Source: an uncultured Alphaproteobacteria bacterium
GTDB lineage: Bacteria; Pseudomonadota; Alphaproteobacteria; HIMB59; GCA-002718135
Assembly (NCBI GenBank): GCA_902577905.1
Contig: CACHAQ010000005.1
Location: 21,928-85,927, forward strand
Length of the DNA stretch: 64,000 nucleotides
Reading direction: 5' to 3'
Positions 16,607-26,588 of this stretch are shown one piece after another. The first letter of the stretch is position 1. Each line of letters begins with the position of its first letter. The position numbers were made by a program, and so were the translations under genes. The notes under the pieces are model-generated. The model made no database searches and was not told where the DNA came from. It saw nothing but the letters and a program-made list of their open reading frames with translations.

Positions 16607-17390
16607 TTTAATCAAAAGTGCAGTTATTTTTTTAGGTTTATTTTTTTTATATTTCCCAATTTTAGTTTTAATTTTTTACTCATTTAATGAAAATAAGAGA
16701 GTAATGGTTTGGAAAGGATTTTCTTTAAGATGGTACAATGAATTATTTAATAATGAACAAATAATTGAGGCATTTATCATTAGTATTAAAATTGCAGCTC
16801 TGTCTGCAACTTTTGCTACAATATTAGGAGTTATGATTGGATATTCACTTGTAAGAATAAGAAAAATTCCTTTTAAATCATTTTATATTTTTCTTTCATC
16901 AACACCTTTGGTTTTGCCAGAATTAATTTTAGGTCTTTCAATGTTACTTTTTTTTATAAGCTTAAATAATGTAATTGGATTTCCATCATCAAGAGGGCAA
17001 TTAACTATTTTTATATCGCACGTTACTTTTTGTATTGCATTTGTCGCAATTATTATTCAAGCAAGATTGACTGACTTCAACAAAAATATTGAGGAAGCTG
17101 CTATGGATTTAGGCTATAATTATACCAAGGTACTCTATAAGATAACTTTACCAATAATTTTACCTTCTATTATTGCTGGTTGGTTATTAGCTTTTACAAT
17201 TTCTTTAGATGATCTAGTAGTTGCGAGTTTTACTACTGGGCCTGGAGCTAACACATTGCCAATTGTAGTTTTTTCTAAAGTCAGATTAGGATTGAGCCCT
17301 GAAGTAAACGCATTATCAGCGATTTTAATGTTTGCTTTGATAATAATTGGTTTATTTTATTTTTATTTTAATAAAAAATTTAAACATTAA
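16596..17390 (+). CDS. potI: Polyamine ABC transporter permease
   Basis: EAA loop IEEAAMDLGYNYTKV. I prefer the ATG at 16596 (MKSSLIKS, 11-nt overlap with potH) over the track start at 16554. Confidence 0.85.
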   Translation: MKSSLIKSAVIFLGLFFLYFPILVLIFYSFNENKRVMVWKGFSLRWYNELFNNEQIIEAFIISIKIAALSATFATILGVMIGYSLVRIRKIPFKSFYIFLSSTPLVLPELILGLSMLLFFISLNNVIGFPSSRGQLTIFISHVTFCIAFVAIIIQARLTDFNKNIEEAAMDLGYNYTKVLYKITLPIILPSIIAGWLLAFTISLDDLVVASFTTGPGANTLPIVVFSKVRLGLSPEVNALSAILMFALIIIGLFYFYFNKKFKH

Positions 17391-18747
17391 GTAATAAATA
17401 TTCTCGCTCCCAAGAACTTATTACTGATAAATAAGCTTGATACTCAACCCTTCTTATAGCAGCAATCGACCTTACAAATTTTTCATTAAATATGTATTTT
17501 ATATCTTCATCATTTTCAAAGAGAGTTAACGATTCATCCATATTTTTTGGTAGATTGGAATTTTTATCTTTAAATGCACTATCTTTGGTTTCTGGATTTG
17601 GTTTTAAGTTGTTTTTCATTCCTAAATATCCTGAAGCTAAATTAGCTGCAAAAACTAGATATGGATTTGTATCAGAACCAGGAATTCTATTTTCAATACG
17701 TATATTCCTTTCTTCAATTGATGGAATTCTAAAACCACAACTTCTATTACCTATTCCCCATTTAACATTTTTAGGAGCACCCCAAGTTGCAAACAACCTT
17801 CTAAATGAATTTATATTTGGAGCGTATATTGGCATTAATAATGGGGTATATTTTTCCAACCCACCTAAATAGTTTTTCATTTTTTTTGAAATTTTAGATG
17901 ATTGATTGAAAAAAATATTTTTATTTTTTTCATTATATATAGATTGATGTATGTGCATTGCGCTACCAGGTTGGTTTTCCATAGGTTTTGCCATAAATGT
18001 TGCATGAAGTTTATGTTTCAAAGCAGACTGTCTTAAAGTTCTTTTAAATAAAAATACCTGGTCTGCGAGATCTAAAGGATCACCATGCTGAAAATTAATT
18101 TCCATTTGAGCTGAGCCAGATTCATGATTAATAGTATCAATTTCAATATTTTGTGCCTCACAATAATTATATACATCCTCAAAAAGATGATCAAATTCGT
18201 TAACAGCATCTATACCTAAGGCTTGCTTACCTGTTTCTTGTCTACCTGATTGACCCACTGGCACTTCAAGGGGGTAATCTGAGTCAGCATTAGGTTTCAC
18301 TAAATAAAATTCTAACTCTGGTGAAACAATTGGAGTTAATTTATCTTTTTTATAAAGTTTAAGAATATTTTTTAGAGCATTCCTACTAGAATTTATAACA
18401 TCATCACCGTTAAGATTTATTGCATCGCAGATAATTTGTGCAGTAGGGTCTTCGTACCATGGTACTACTCTCATTGTATCAAAATCTGGTTTTAAAATTA
18501 CGTCAATGTCAGTTGGATTGTAAACACTTCTTGGTAAAGCACCAGCAGAGTCCTCAGTTGCATAATCTCCTGATATCGTTTGAATAAAAGTTGACTGTGG
18601 CAATCTGTGACTTTCATCTTCCAGTCCTTTTAAAAATTTATTTGTTGGTAAAATTTTTCCCCGTGCAATTCCTCCAAGATCTGGAACTAAACATTCAACT
18701 TCTGTAATAGAGTTTTCATGAAACCAATTTTGAAATTTTTCAATCAT
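17380..18747 (-). CDS. puuA: Glutamine synthetase-family ligase, gamma-glutamylpolyamine (putrescine) synthetase-like
   Basis: 455 aa GS type I-like catalytic domain (HESGSAQMEINF, MAKPM..PGSAMHIHQS) next to polyamine uptake genes. The symbol rests on context. Confidence 0.75.
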   Translation of the reverse strand: MIEKFQNWFHENSITEVECLVPDLGGIARGKILPTNKFLKGLEDESHRLPQSTFIQTISGDYATEDSAGALPRSVYNPTDIDVILKPDFDTMRVVPWYEDPTAQIICDAINLNGDDVINSSRNALKNILKLYKKDKLTPIVSPELEFYLVKPNADSDYPLEVPVGQSGRQETGKQALGIDAVNEFDHLFEDVYNYCEAQNIEIDTINHESGSAQMEINFQHGDPLDLADQVFLFKRTLRQSALKHKLHATFMAKPMENQPGSAMHIHQSIYNEKNKNIFFNQSSKISKKMKNYLGGLEKYTPLLMPIYAPNINSFRRLFATWGAPKNVKWGIGNRSCGFRIPSIEERNIRIENRIPGSDTNPYLVFAANLASGYLGMKNNLKPNPETKDSAFKDKNSNLPKNMDESLTLFENDEDIKYIFNEKFVRSIAAIRRVEYQAYLSVISSWEREYLLLNV

Positions 18748-18797
18748 ATTGAGAGTGTTTGTTTACTAATTATAATTAAACCATTAATGATAAGTTA

Positions 18798-20120
18798 ATG
18801 ATTACTACAAAAAAAAGAACTTTTAATCAACATGATAATGAAAAAGAGAGTTTTTATAAATTTTCAGCACCTATTTTTCCTAATCAAAGTAAATTAGATG
18901 AAAATATTTCAACTGATGTATGTATTATTGGAGGTGGTTTAACAGGTATTTCTTCAGCATTAAATTTATCTAATCAAGGTTTATCAATAACGATTTTGGA
19001 AGCAAATAAAGTTGGATCTGGTGCTTCTGGTAGGAATGGCGGTCAACTAGGAATTGGAATGAGAAAAGATCAATTCTACTTAGAAAAAAAATTTGGTATT
19101 GAAAAAGCAAAATTTTTTTGGAAAGTTGGATTAGATGCTGTTTCAAATGTAGTTAATTTAATTGAAAAATACAAAATTGACTGTGCGCTTAGACAAGGTG
19201 TTCTTCATGTAGGCAACACAAAAAAAGATTATAAATATTTTCAAGATGAAATTGAGCATATGCAGAAGAATTATAATTATAATAATTATGAATACTTTGA
19301 CCACAATTCAATAAGAGATGAAGTTAATAGTGACAGATATTTTTCTGGAATGCTTTTAAAGGATTCTTATCATTTAAACCCATTAAAACTGACATATAGT
19401 TTAGCAGAACAGTGTTTAGCAAATGGTATAAATATATATGAAAATTCTCCGGCTGATAAAATTGTTGATAATCAAAAAGAAGTTATAATTCACTCTGGAA
19501 AAAATATTATTAAAGCAAAGAAAGTAATTATTGGTTGTAATGGTTATCTTGACAATCTTTTAGGATCAAAGAGAAATTATTTTATGCCTATAAATAATTA
19601 TATTATTGCAACAGAACCTCTCGGAAAAGATCTGGCAAGTAAATTAATCAAAAGAAATTGTGGCGTAATAGATTCTAGATTTATGATTGATTATTATAGA
19701 TTTTCAGAAGACTACAGACTTCTTTTTGGAGGACCTGAAACAATTACATCTCATTTTGTAAAAGATGCAAAGAGTTTTGTCTCTAAACGAATGTATAAAG
19801 TTTTTCCTGAATTAAAAAAATTTAAAATTGAATTTTCTTGGGGAGGTACCTTGGCAATATCGATTAATAGATTGCCTATTTTTGGAACTATAATGAATCA
19901 AAAGTTGTATTATGCTCATGCTTACTCTGGACATGGGTTAGCTATGAGTATTATGGGAGGAAAAATGGTAGCTGAAAAAATTTTAAATAAATCAAATAAT
20001 TTTGATATGTTTGAGCAAATTAATCATTTTAAAATTCCAGGTGGCAACATGTTTAGAAGACCATTGTATTCTTCAGCCATTATTTATTATAGGTTAATGG
20101 ATTATTTAAATAGGTTGTAA
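18798..20120 (+). CDS. puuB: FAD-dependent oxidoreductase, gamma-glutamylputrescine oxidase-like (DAO family)
   Basis: 440 aa with FAD motif VCIIGGGLTGISSAL. Divergent from the puuA-like gene. The symbol rests on context. Confidence 0.7.
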   Translation: MITTKKRTFNQHDNEKESFYKFSAPIFPNQSKLDENISTDVCIIGGGLTGISSALNLSNQGLSITILEANKVGSGASGRNGGQLGIGMRKDQFYLEKKFGIEKAKFFWKVGLDAVSNVVNLIEKYKIDCALRQGVLHVGNTKKDYKYFQDEIEHMQKNYNYNNYEYFDHNSIRDEVNSDRYFSGMLLKDSYHLNPLKLTYSLAEQCLANGINIYENSPADKIVDNQKEVIIHSGKNIIKAKKVIIGCNGYLDNLLGSKRNYFMPINNYIIATEPLGKDLASKLIKRNCGVIDSRFMIDYYRFSEDYRLLFGGPETITSHFVKDAKSFVSKRMYKVFPELKKFKIEFSWGGTLAISINRLPIFGTIMNQKLYYAHAYSGHGLAMSIMGGKMVAEKILNKSNNFDMFEQINHFKIPGGNMFRRPLYSSAIIYYRLMDYLNRL

Positions 20121-21038
20121 TTACTTAATTGCTCTTCTTAATCTGTCATTTATAGTTTTGCCAAGACCTTTATCAGGTATTTCTACTACAGCAATTTTTT
20201 TGCATCTACTTTGATCTAATTTATGAAGATAATGATAAAAATTTTTTGCTGCTTCATTTAAATTTTTTTTATTACTCAAATTTAAATTAATTATTTTAGA
20301 CTTTAATTTATTATTGCCAAAATTTAATAAACCTTCATTTTTTAGTATTCTCTTAGCATTCATTCTTATTGGTTTTAAAGTTGAGTAATGTTTTTTTAAA
20401 TTACCAGGAGAAATAGATGATTTCTTTTTAATTTTTACTTTTGCATATTTATTTAGTTCTTCAACAGTTATGCTGCCATATCTTAATACTTCAATTTCAT
20501 TATTGGTATCAATTCTAACAACTGTGGACTCTAGTCCATGAGAAGACTGTTTATCTTTTAAAACAAATATTTTTTTTACTAGAATAGGATCGATATCCAT
20601 AATATTGGTTACGGAAGTTCTTTCTGACAGATTAGCACTAGGGGCTGCAATAGGTAGGTCAAATAAAGTAATTAATTTTTTAGCTAATTTATTACCGGGA
20701 ATTCTACAGCCAACTAAAGTTGAGTTGCAAGAGACTAATTTTGATATTTTAGAATTTTTCTTTTTTTTTAATATTATTGTCAAAGGACCAGGCCAGAATT
20801 TTGAACCTAATTTTTTTTCAAATTTATTTAAAATAAAATATTTTTCTATTTGTTTAATACTTTTAAAGTGACAGATAATTGGATTGCTTCGCGGTCTTTT
20901 TTTTACTTTAAAAATAGATTTTACAGCCTCATCATTTGTTGCATCTGCTCCAAGTCCAAATACTGTTTCTGTGGGAAATATTACAAGTTCTCCACTGCTT
21001 AATAAATTTTTTGCAATATCTAACTTATTTTTTTTCAT
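20121..21038 (-). CDS. tsaC: L-threonylcarbamoyladenylate synthase (YrdC plus Sua5 domains)
   Basis: 305 aa with YrdC motif VIFPTETVFGLGADA, a conserved PSAN block, and a C-terminal Sua5 domain. Confidence 0.85.
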   Translation of the reverse strand: MKKNKLDIAKNLLSSGELVIFPTETVFGLGADATNDEAVKSIFKVKKRPRSNPIICHFKSIKQIEKYFILNKFEKKLGSKFWPGPLTIILKKKKNSKISKLVSCNSTLVGCRIPGNKLAKKLITLFDLPIAAPSANLSERTSVTNIMDIDPILVKKIFVLKDKQSSHGLESTVVRIDTNNEIEVLRYGSITVEELNKYAKVKIKKKSSISPGNLKKHYSTLKPIRMNAKRILKNEGLLNFGNNKLKSKIINLNLSNKKNLNEAAKNFYHYLHKLDQSRCKKIAVVEIPDKGLGKTINDRLRRAIK

Positions 21039-21089
21039 ATTTTTTTATAAAATGTTTCCATCTATCTTTAAAATAGTTATTATCAATAC

Positions 21090-21728
21090 TTGTATATGGG
21101 AAAAGTTATAGCATTTTCGAATCAAAAAGGTGGTTCAGGTAAATCGACTCTTTCAGCAAATTTATCAGTTTTGTGGAGTAATAGTGGTTATAAAGTAGCT
21201 GTCATAGACGCTGATGCACAAAAAAGTCTATCATATTGGCTTGAAGCAAGAAAATCTTATTATGGTGAAGATGATATTGGAATAACTCAATTAAATTTTG
21301 ATATAAGGAATTTAATAGATGAAATTAAAGCCATAAAAAGAAGGTATGACTTTATAATAATTGATAGCCCTCCATCTATAACTTTTGAAACAATGCAGGT
21401 TGTAAAAGCTTCTGATAGGGTATTTGTTCCAGTACAACCAAGTCCGGTAGACTTAATGGCTACACTTCCTTTTTTAAAAATTGCAAAACAAGAAAGAAAA
21501 AATCCAATAATTATTCTTAATAGAGTGATGCCGAGAGCAAAATTAACTGACGCAATGATTTTGCGTTTAAGATATGCTGGTGCTAAAATTGCTCGCTCCC
21601 GACTGTCTAGTAAAGTATTATTTGCAGAAACATTCTCAGTTGGAAGAGGTGTAGTAGATATAAGTGTTACATCAGATGCTTCAAAAGAAATAATTAATGT
21701 TGGAAACGAAATTTTAAGAAATTTCTAA
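21090..21728 (+). CDS. Orphan small ParA/MinD-family ATPase (VirC1/small plasmid ParA-like size)
   Basis: 212 aa with deviant Walker A NQKGGSGKST, A-prime IDADAQ, and Walker B IIIDSPP. No parB-like gene follows, as glmU starts 5 nt later. Confidence 0.8.
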   Translation: MYMGKVIAFSNQKGGSGKSTLSANLSVLWSNSGYKVAVIDADAQKSLSYWLEARKSYYGEDDIGITQLNFDIRNLIDEIKAIKRRYDFIIIDSPPSITFETMQVVKASDRVFVPVQPSPVDLMATLPFLKIAKQERKNPIIILNRVMPRAKLTDAMILRLRYAGAKIARSRLSSKVLFAETFSVGRGVVDISVTSDASKEIINVGNEILRNF

Positions 21729-21732
21729 CTTA

Positions 21733-23031
21733 ATGTCTGATATCACAACTGTTATACTTGCTGCAGGCAATAGTACGAGATTTAAAGCAAGTAAATCAAA
21801 GCTTATTTATCCATTATGCGGGTTACCAATTGTTTCACATATTTTTAATATTGCAAAAAAAATATCTGGTAAAAATATATTAGTTGTATCTAATGAAAAA
21901 AATAAAGAAGAATTAAAATTAATATTAAATACCTCAAAGTTAGTTGTTCAAAAAAAACAAAAAGGAACTGCTGATGCAATTGAGCAAGTTAAAAAATATA
22001 TTAAATCAAAAAATATTTTAATTTTATTTGGTGATACACCTTTAGTTGAAGTTAAAGATATAAGAAAACTAGTAAGTAAATTTAAAAAAAGTAAAGCGAA
22101 AGCTTCATTAATTGCATTTAATACTTCAGAGCCACATGGTTATGGTAGATTATTATTAAATAACAACTACGTTGAAGAAATAATTGAGGAAATCAATTTA
22201 AAAGCTGAACAAAAAAAAATCAATTTATGTAATTCTGGAATTTTGATAGCAAATACTAAATTATTATTTGATAATTTAAAAAATATTAAAGAAAATAAAA
22301 TTAAAAAAGAAAGATATCTTCCTGATATATGCAAAATTTTTTCTAAAAAAAATATTCCTATCAATTATATTGAGTGTAACAAAGAAACAATGTTGGGCAT
22401 AAATACATTGGATGATTTTAATGTTGTACAAAATATCTTGCAAAAAAAATACATAAAAAATTTTATAAAAAATGGAGTCAATTTTTTAAAACCCAATACT
22501 TGTTATTTAAGCTATGACACCAAAATTGAACCTACTGTTACAATTGAAAGCAATGTTACAATAAAGGAAAAAACAATTATAAAAAAAGGCTCAATAATTA
22601 AAAGCAATTCATACTTAGAAGAGGTTACAATAGATGAAAATTCACATATTGGTCCAAGTGCTAGATTAAGACCAAAAACAAAAATCGGAAAAAAATCAAA
22701 GATTGGTAACTTTGTTGAAATAAAAAATTCTAAAATTGGAAATAATGTTTCTATTGCTCATCTTTCATATGTTGGAGATTCAGAAATAGGAAACAATGTG
22801 AATATAGGTGCCGGCACAATAACTTGTAACTATGATGGAAAGAAAAAACACAAAACGATAATAAAAGATAATGTATTTATAGGTTCAAACACATCACTCA
22901 TTGCACCAGTTGTAATTGAGTCTAAATCTAGAATTGGTGCAGGTAGTGTTATCACTAAAAATATTCCCAAAAATTCACTTGCGATTGAAAGATCAGCCTT
23001 AAAAATTCTAAGAAATAAAAGATCTAAATAA
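21733..23031 (+). CDS. glmU: Bifunctional UDP-N-acetylglucosamine pyrophosphorylase / glucosamine-1-phosphate N-acetyltransferase
   Basis: 432 aa with N-terminal LAAGNSTRFKAS nucleotidyltransferase motif and a C-terminal left-handed beta-helix with hexapeptide repeats (IGNNVSIAHLSYVGDSEIGNNVNIGAGT). Confidence 0.85.
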   Translation: MSDITTVILAAGNSTRFKASKSKLIYPLCGLPIVSHIFNIAKKISGKNILVVSNEKNKEELKLILNTSKLVVQKKQKGTADAIEQVKKYIKSKNILILFGDTPLVEVKDIRKLVSKFKKSKAKASLIAFNTSEPHGYGRLLLNNNYVEEIIEEINLKAEQKKINLCNSGILIANTKLLFDNLKNIKENKIKKERYLPDICKIFSKKNIPINYIECNKETMLGINTLDDFNVVQNILQKKYIKNFIKNGVNFLKPNTCYLSYDTKIEPTVTIESNVTIKEKTIIKKGSIIKSNSYLEEVTIDENSHIGPSARLRPKTKIGKKSKIGNFVEIKNSKIGNNVSIAHLSYVGDSEIGNNVNIGAGTITCNYDGKKKHKTIIKDNVFIGSNTSLIAPVVIESKSRIGAGSVITKNIPKNSLAIERSALKILRNKRSK

Positions 23032-23078
23032 TAACCCTTGTTTCAAGATATATTAGGGTTTATGAGCCTTTTCAAATT

Positions 23079-24452
23079 ATGAGCGATAAATGGTCACCAA
23101 ATAGTTGGAGAAATAAAAATGCTCTTCATATGCCTAACTATCAGAATGAAGATCATCTAAATAAAACTCTAAATGAAATTTCCAAATATCCACCTTTAGT
23201 TTTTGCTGGAGAAGCGAGACAATTAAAAAAGAAACTTGGAGAAGTTTCAAACGGAAATGCTTTTTTATTACAAGGTGGAGATTGTGCAGAAAGTTTTGCA
23301 GATTTTCATCCAGATAATATTAGAGATACATTTAAAGTTATTTTACAAATGGCTGTTGTATTAACGTTTGGCGCTTCTTGTCCAATTGTTAAAGTAGGAA
23401 GAATTGCTGGACAATTTGCAAAGCCAAGATCATCTGCCACAGAAGTTATTAATGATTTAGAACTTGAGTCTTATAAAGGCGATATAATTAATGGGATAGA
23501 CTTCAATCAAAAAGACAGAGATCCTAATCCAGATAGATTAATTCAGGCCTACAATCAGTCTGCATCTACACTTAATCTTTTAAGAGCTTTTTCTCAGGGC
23601 GGTTTTGCCAATTTAAATAAAATACATCAATGGAACCTAAATTTTGTTAAAGGTGAGAATGCTGCTAAATTTAGAGAGATATCTTCTAGAATTGACGAAT
23701 GCTTATCTTTTATGGAAGCATGTGGAATAAATGGAAACAGTGTAAGACAATTAAATGAAACAGACTTCTTTACAAGTCATGAAGCTTTACTTCTTCAATA
23801 TGAGGAAGCATTAACAAGAATAGATAGTACTTCAGGTAAGTGGTACGATGTTTCAGCTCACATGTTGTGGGTAGGTGACAGAACACGACAACTTGATGGA
23901 GCGCATATTGAATTTTTAAGAGGTATTGAGAACCCTATAGGTATTAAAGTGGGTCCAAGCACAAAGACAGAAGAACTATTAAAGATATTAGATGTGTTGA
24001 ATCCAAATAATGAAGCTGGAAAAATAACGCTGATATGTAGAATGGGTCATGAAAAAGTTAGTGGAATACTTCCAAAAATAATTAGATCAGTTAATTCAGC
24101 TGGTAAAAATGTTGTTTGGACTTGTGACCCCATGCATGGAAATACTATCAAATCTAACACGGGTTTTAAAACTAGGCCATTAAAAGATATAATTTCTGAA
24201 ATTCAGCAATTTTTTCAAATTCACAGAGGCGAAGGAACATATCCAGGCGGCGTCCATTTAGAAATGACTGGTCAAGATGTTACAGAATGTATGGGCGGAC
24301 TTCAAGAAATAACAGATGAAGATCTAAAAAATAGATATCATACATATTGTGATCCGAGACTAAATGCCTCGCAGTCTCTAGAATTGGCTTTTTTATTATC
24401 AGATTTTTTAAAAGAAGAAAAATTGCTCTCAAAGCAATCTTCAAATTTATAA
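23079..24452 (+). CDS. 3-deoxy-7-phosphoheptulonate (DAHP) synthase, class II
   Basis: 457 aa. N-terminal WSPNSWRNK..HMPNY and LLQGGDCAESF are typical of plant-like class II DAHP synthases. Confidence 0.9.
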   Translation: MSDKWSPNSWRNKNALHMPNYQNEDHLNKTLNEISKYPPLVFAGEARQLKKKLGEVSNGNAFLLQGGDCAESFADFHPDNIRDTFKVILQMAVVLTFGASCPIVKVGRIAGQFAKPRSSATEVINDLELESYKGDIINGIDFNQKDRDPNPDRLIQAYNQSASTLNLLRAFSQGGFANLNKIHQWNLNFVKGENAAKFREISSRIDECLSFMEACGINGNSVRQLNETDFFTSHEALLLQYEEALTRIDSTSGKWYDVSAHMLWVGDRTRQLDGAHIEFLRGIENPIGIKVGPSTKTEELLKILDVLNPNNEAGKITLICRMGHEKVSGILPKIIRSVNSAGKNVVWTCDPMHGNTIKSNTGFKTRPLKDIISEIQQFFQIHRGEGTYPGGVHLEMTGQDVTECMGGLQEITDEDLKNRYHTYCDPRLNASQSLELAFLLSDFLKEEKLLSKQSSNL

Positions 24453-24473
24453 ATTTATATTTATATATTACTT

Positions 24474-25214
24474 ATGAATTCAAAAGATAAGATCGTATAC
24501 ATTTCTAATTGGATTAAAGATTACGCTAAATCTATAAATATTAATCCGACTACACTAGTAATAGGAGTGTCAGGAGGAGTTGACTCGGCTCTTACTAGCA
24601 CCTTGTGTGCTCAAACTGGTTTAAAAACTATAGCTGTTTCAATGCCTATTAAGCAAAATTCATCACAACATGATTTAAGTTTAAGGCATTTAGAATTTTT
24701 AGAGCAAAATTACCCAAATGTAGAAACAAAAATAATCGAGCTAGATAATGTTTTTAAAACATTTCAAAACACGATGCAAAATTTTGATAGTGAGTTAGCT
24801 TTTGCAAATTCAAGATCTAGACTAAGAATGGTAACTCTATACCAAATAGCTCAAAGTAATAATGGTATAGTTGTTGGCACTGGAAATAAAGTTGAAGATT
24901 TTGGTGTTGGATTTTATACAAAATATGGTGATGGAGGCGTAGATATATCGCCAATAGCAGATTGTACTAAAACTGAGGTGTGGGAATTAGCTGAAGAAAT
25001 TGGGGTTATAAAAGATATTATTAGCGCAGCACCGACAGATGGTTTATGGGATGATAGTAGAAATGATGAAAGCCAGCTTGGTCTTTCATATAAGCAATTA
25101 GAAGAAGCAATGGAAAATAAGTCTAGTGAATACTACAGTAGATACGAAGAAATTAGAAAGCCAAATCTTCATAAGATGAAGCCTATTCCCGTTTGCGAAA
25201 TTCCTAAAGAATAA
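24474..25214 (+). CDS. nadE: Ammonia-dependent NAD+ synthetase
   Basis: 246 aa with PP-loop GVSGGVDSAL and the GTGNKVEDFGVGFYTKYGDG block. Confidence 0.85.
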   Translation: MNSKDKIVYISNWIKDYAKSININPTTLVIGVSGGVDSALTSTLCAQTGLKTIAVSMPIKQNSSQHDLSLRHLEFLEQNYPNVETKIIELDNVFKTFQNTMQNFDSELAFANSRSRLRMVTLYQIAQSNNGIVVGTGNKVEDFGVGFYTKYGDGGVDISPIADCTKTEVWELAEEIGVIKDIISAAPTDGLWDDSRNDESQLGLSYKQLEEAMENKSSEYYSRYEEIRKPNLHKMKPIPVCEIPKE

Positions 25215-25215
25215 T

Positions 25216-26550
25216 ATGAAGTGTAGGTTCGCTCCTAGCCCTACAGGAAAAATACATATCGGTAATGCTAGATCAGCAATTTTGAATTGGATTTTTTGTC
25301 AAAAAAATCAAGGTGAGTTTATATTAAGAATTGACGATACTGATGCCAATAGGAGTTCTAAAGAATTTGAGACAAGTATCAAAGATGATCTTAAATGGCT
25401 TGGATTAAATTGGAGTTACACTTTTAATCAGTCCTCTAGACAACATATTTACAATGAGAAAATCCAAATTCTAAAACAAAAGAAAAGACTTTATCCATGT
25501 TTTGAAACAGAAGAGGAATTAGCTTTAAAGAAAAAATCTTTGTTATCATCTGGGAAACCACCTATTTATGATAGATCATCATTAAATCTAAGTGATGAAG
25601 AAGTAGAAAAAAAAATAGAATCTGGAATCCAACCCCATTGGAGATTCAAATTAGATCATGAAAATATTAGTTGGAAAGATATTATTAAAGGAGATGTTTC
25701 ATTTGATGCAAAAAATTTGAGTGATCCTGTTTTAATTAGAGCTGATGGAACATTGTTATACCATTTACCTTCAGTCATTGACGATATTGAAGAAAAAATT
25801 ACACATATTATTAGGGGGGAGGATCACATAGCTAATACTGCCTATCATATTCAAATTTTTAAGGCTCTTGAATCTTCTATTCCATCATTTGCTCATCATC
25901 CATTCTTAGTTGATGAAACTGGTAAGGGTTTTAGCAAAAGACTTGGAAGTCTTTCAATTGAAAATTTTAGACACGAAGGGTATGAAAATATATCGTTACT
26001 TAATTATTTTCTTTTTATTGGCTCGAGCAGTAATATTGATCCAATCAAAGATTTAAATGAAATAGTAAAAAAATTTGATATTCAAAGCTTATCTAGATCT
26101 TCTGCTAAATTTTCAATTGAATCCTTAAGAAATCTTAATGAAAATACCATTAAATTATTTAGTTATAATGAGATTAGTCATAAGTTAAAAAATATAAAAT
26201 CAAATTTTCATAAAGAGAGTTTTTGGCGTTTTATTAAAAATAATATTTCATTTATTAAACAAGCTAAAGAATGGGAAGAAGTAATTACAAAAATAAATAA
26301 TGCTAAAGATTTAAATATTGATGATAATTTTATTAATACGGCAGTTGATGAATTACCTGAGGATCCTTTTGATGAAACAACATGGGATCATTGGACATCA
26401 AAAATTAACAAAAAAACTGGGCTAAAAGGAAAAGATTTATTTATGCCTTTGAGGTTGATTTTGACAGGAAAATCTCATGGACCCGAATTAAAATATCTAC
26501 TACCATTATTTGATAGAGACGAAATCTTGCAAAAACTTGGAAAAATCTAG
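25216..26550 (+). CDS. gltX: Glutamate--tRNA ligase
   Basis: RFAPSPTGKIHIGNARSA (HIGH motif) and GFSKRLGS (KMSKS-type motif). 444 aa. Confidence 0.9.
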   Translation: MKCRFAPSPTGKIHIGNARSAILNWIFCQKNQGEFILRIDDTDANRSSKEFETSIKDDLKWLGLNWSYTFNQSSRQHIYNEKIQILKQKKRLYPCFETEEELALKKKSLLSSGKPPIYDRSSLNLSDEEVEKKIESGIQPHWRFKLDHENISWKDIIKGDVSFDAKNLSDPVLIRADGTLLYHLPSVIDDIEEKITHIIRGEDHIANTAYHIQIFKALESSIPSFAHHPFLVDETGKGFSKRLGSLSIENFRHEGYENISLLNYFLFIGSSSNIDPIKDLNEIVKKFDIQSLSRSSAKFSIESLRNLNENTIKLFSYNEISHKLKNIKSNFHKESFWRFIKNNISFIKQAKEWEEVITKINNAKDLNIDDNFINTAVDELPEDPFDETTWDHWTSKINKKTGLKGKDLFMPLRLILTGKSHGPELKYLLPLFDRDEILQKLGKI

Positions 26551-26588
26551 TAAATTTAAATTTATACTCTATTAGCGATCTAGTAATT

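Noticed and set aside
17492-17872. Long antisense ORFs from the track. The two 126-aa examples are 17492..17872 (opposite puuA) and 35737..36117 (opposite moaA). Others include 2685..2900, 3644..3892, 4067..4285, 9475..9699, 10154..10384, 20605..21111, 37040..37991, 42824..43132, 43814..44023, 46723..46968, 51599..51892 and 57267..57536.
   Set aside because: All lie fully inside, or straddle, strongly supported genes on the other strand. Their products are F/L/S/I-rich low-complexity strings of the kind produced by reading K/E/N-rich codons backwards. None has a plausible start context or motif, so I treat them as shadow ORFs.
23032-23078. Possible terminator hairpin after glmU (AACCCT...AGGGTT)
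   Set aside because: The stem is only 6 bp with a 16-nt loop and no T-tract, which is too weak to call.
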